From Flaccisagitta enflata (Eukaryota), in the NCBI GenBank assembly GCA_965153355.1, contig OZ231126.1:18042001-18106000 (forward strand): a stretch of 64,000 nt of DNA, given 5' to 3'. The notes beneath the pieces are model-generated. The model had not been told where the DNA came from, made no database searches, and saw only the letters and a program-made list of their open reading frames with translations. Shown here piece after piece: positions 63,880 to 64,000 of this stretch (its first letter is position 1; each line of letters starts with the position of its first letter). A program made the position numbers and the translations under genes.

Positions 63880-64000
63880 CTGGATAAGTTTAAATTCAAA
63901 AAGATAGAAAAAGACATTGAATTCTTTTGCCACCATAATCACGAAACGAGATTGAAATTTGAGATTGGTCCAACGTTCTTAATTTAGGCGCTATGTCTCT

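Overview
Eukaryotic, most likely invertebrate-animal genomic DNA (GT-AG introns, animal-type chitin synthase, PTB). 1-9.6 kb is a ~980-bp tandem array that looks MITE-derived. 9.6-13.5 kb is a ~155-bp GTACCCC array folded into a palindrome centred at ~10765. 17.0-27.6 kb is a frameshifted minus-strand BEL/Pao LTR retrotransposon with an extra ORF after pol. Six in-phase plus-strand exons of a chitin synthase catalytic core (32996-50576; RHRKRW, DGD, GEDR, QRRRW) lie among introns full of MITEs, Helentron-like elements, microsatellites and a 5-kb CAC...GTG foldback element with a 4-bp TSD. From 53.4 to 64 kb there is a compact minus-strand cluster: the 3' half of a PTB gene, a bacterial-type tRNA 2-selenouridine synthase (SelU/MnmH) with an intronless CDS and a mitochondrial-presequence-like N-terminus, and a Ras-fold protein with all five G-boxes degenerate. 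The SelU gene is the standout: it suggests mitochondrial tRNA geranylation/selenation in an animal. Several repeat regions look indel-noisy, so some degeneracy may be assembly error. All calls come from manual reading; no searches were run and repeat boundaries are approximate.
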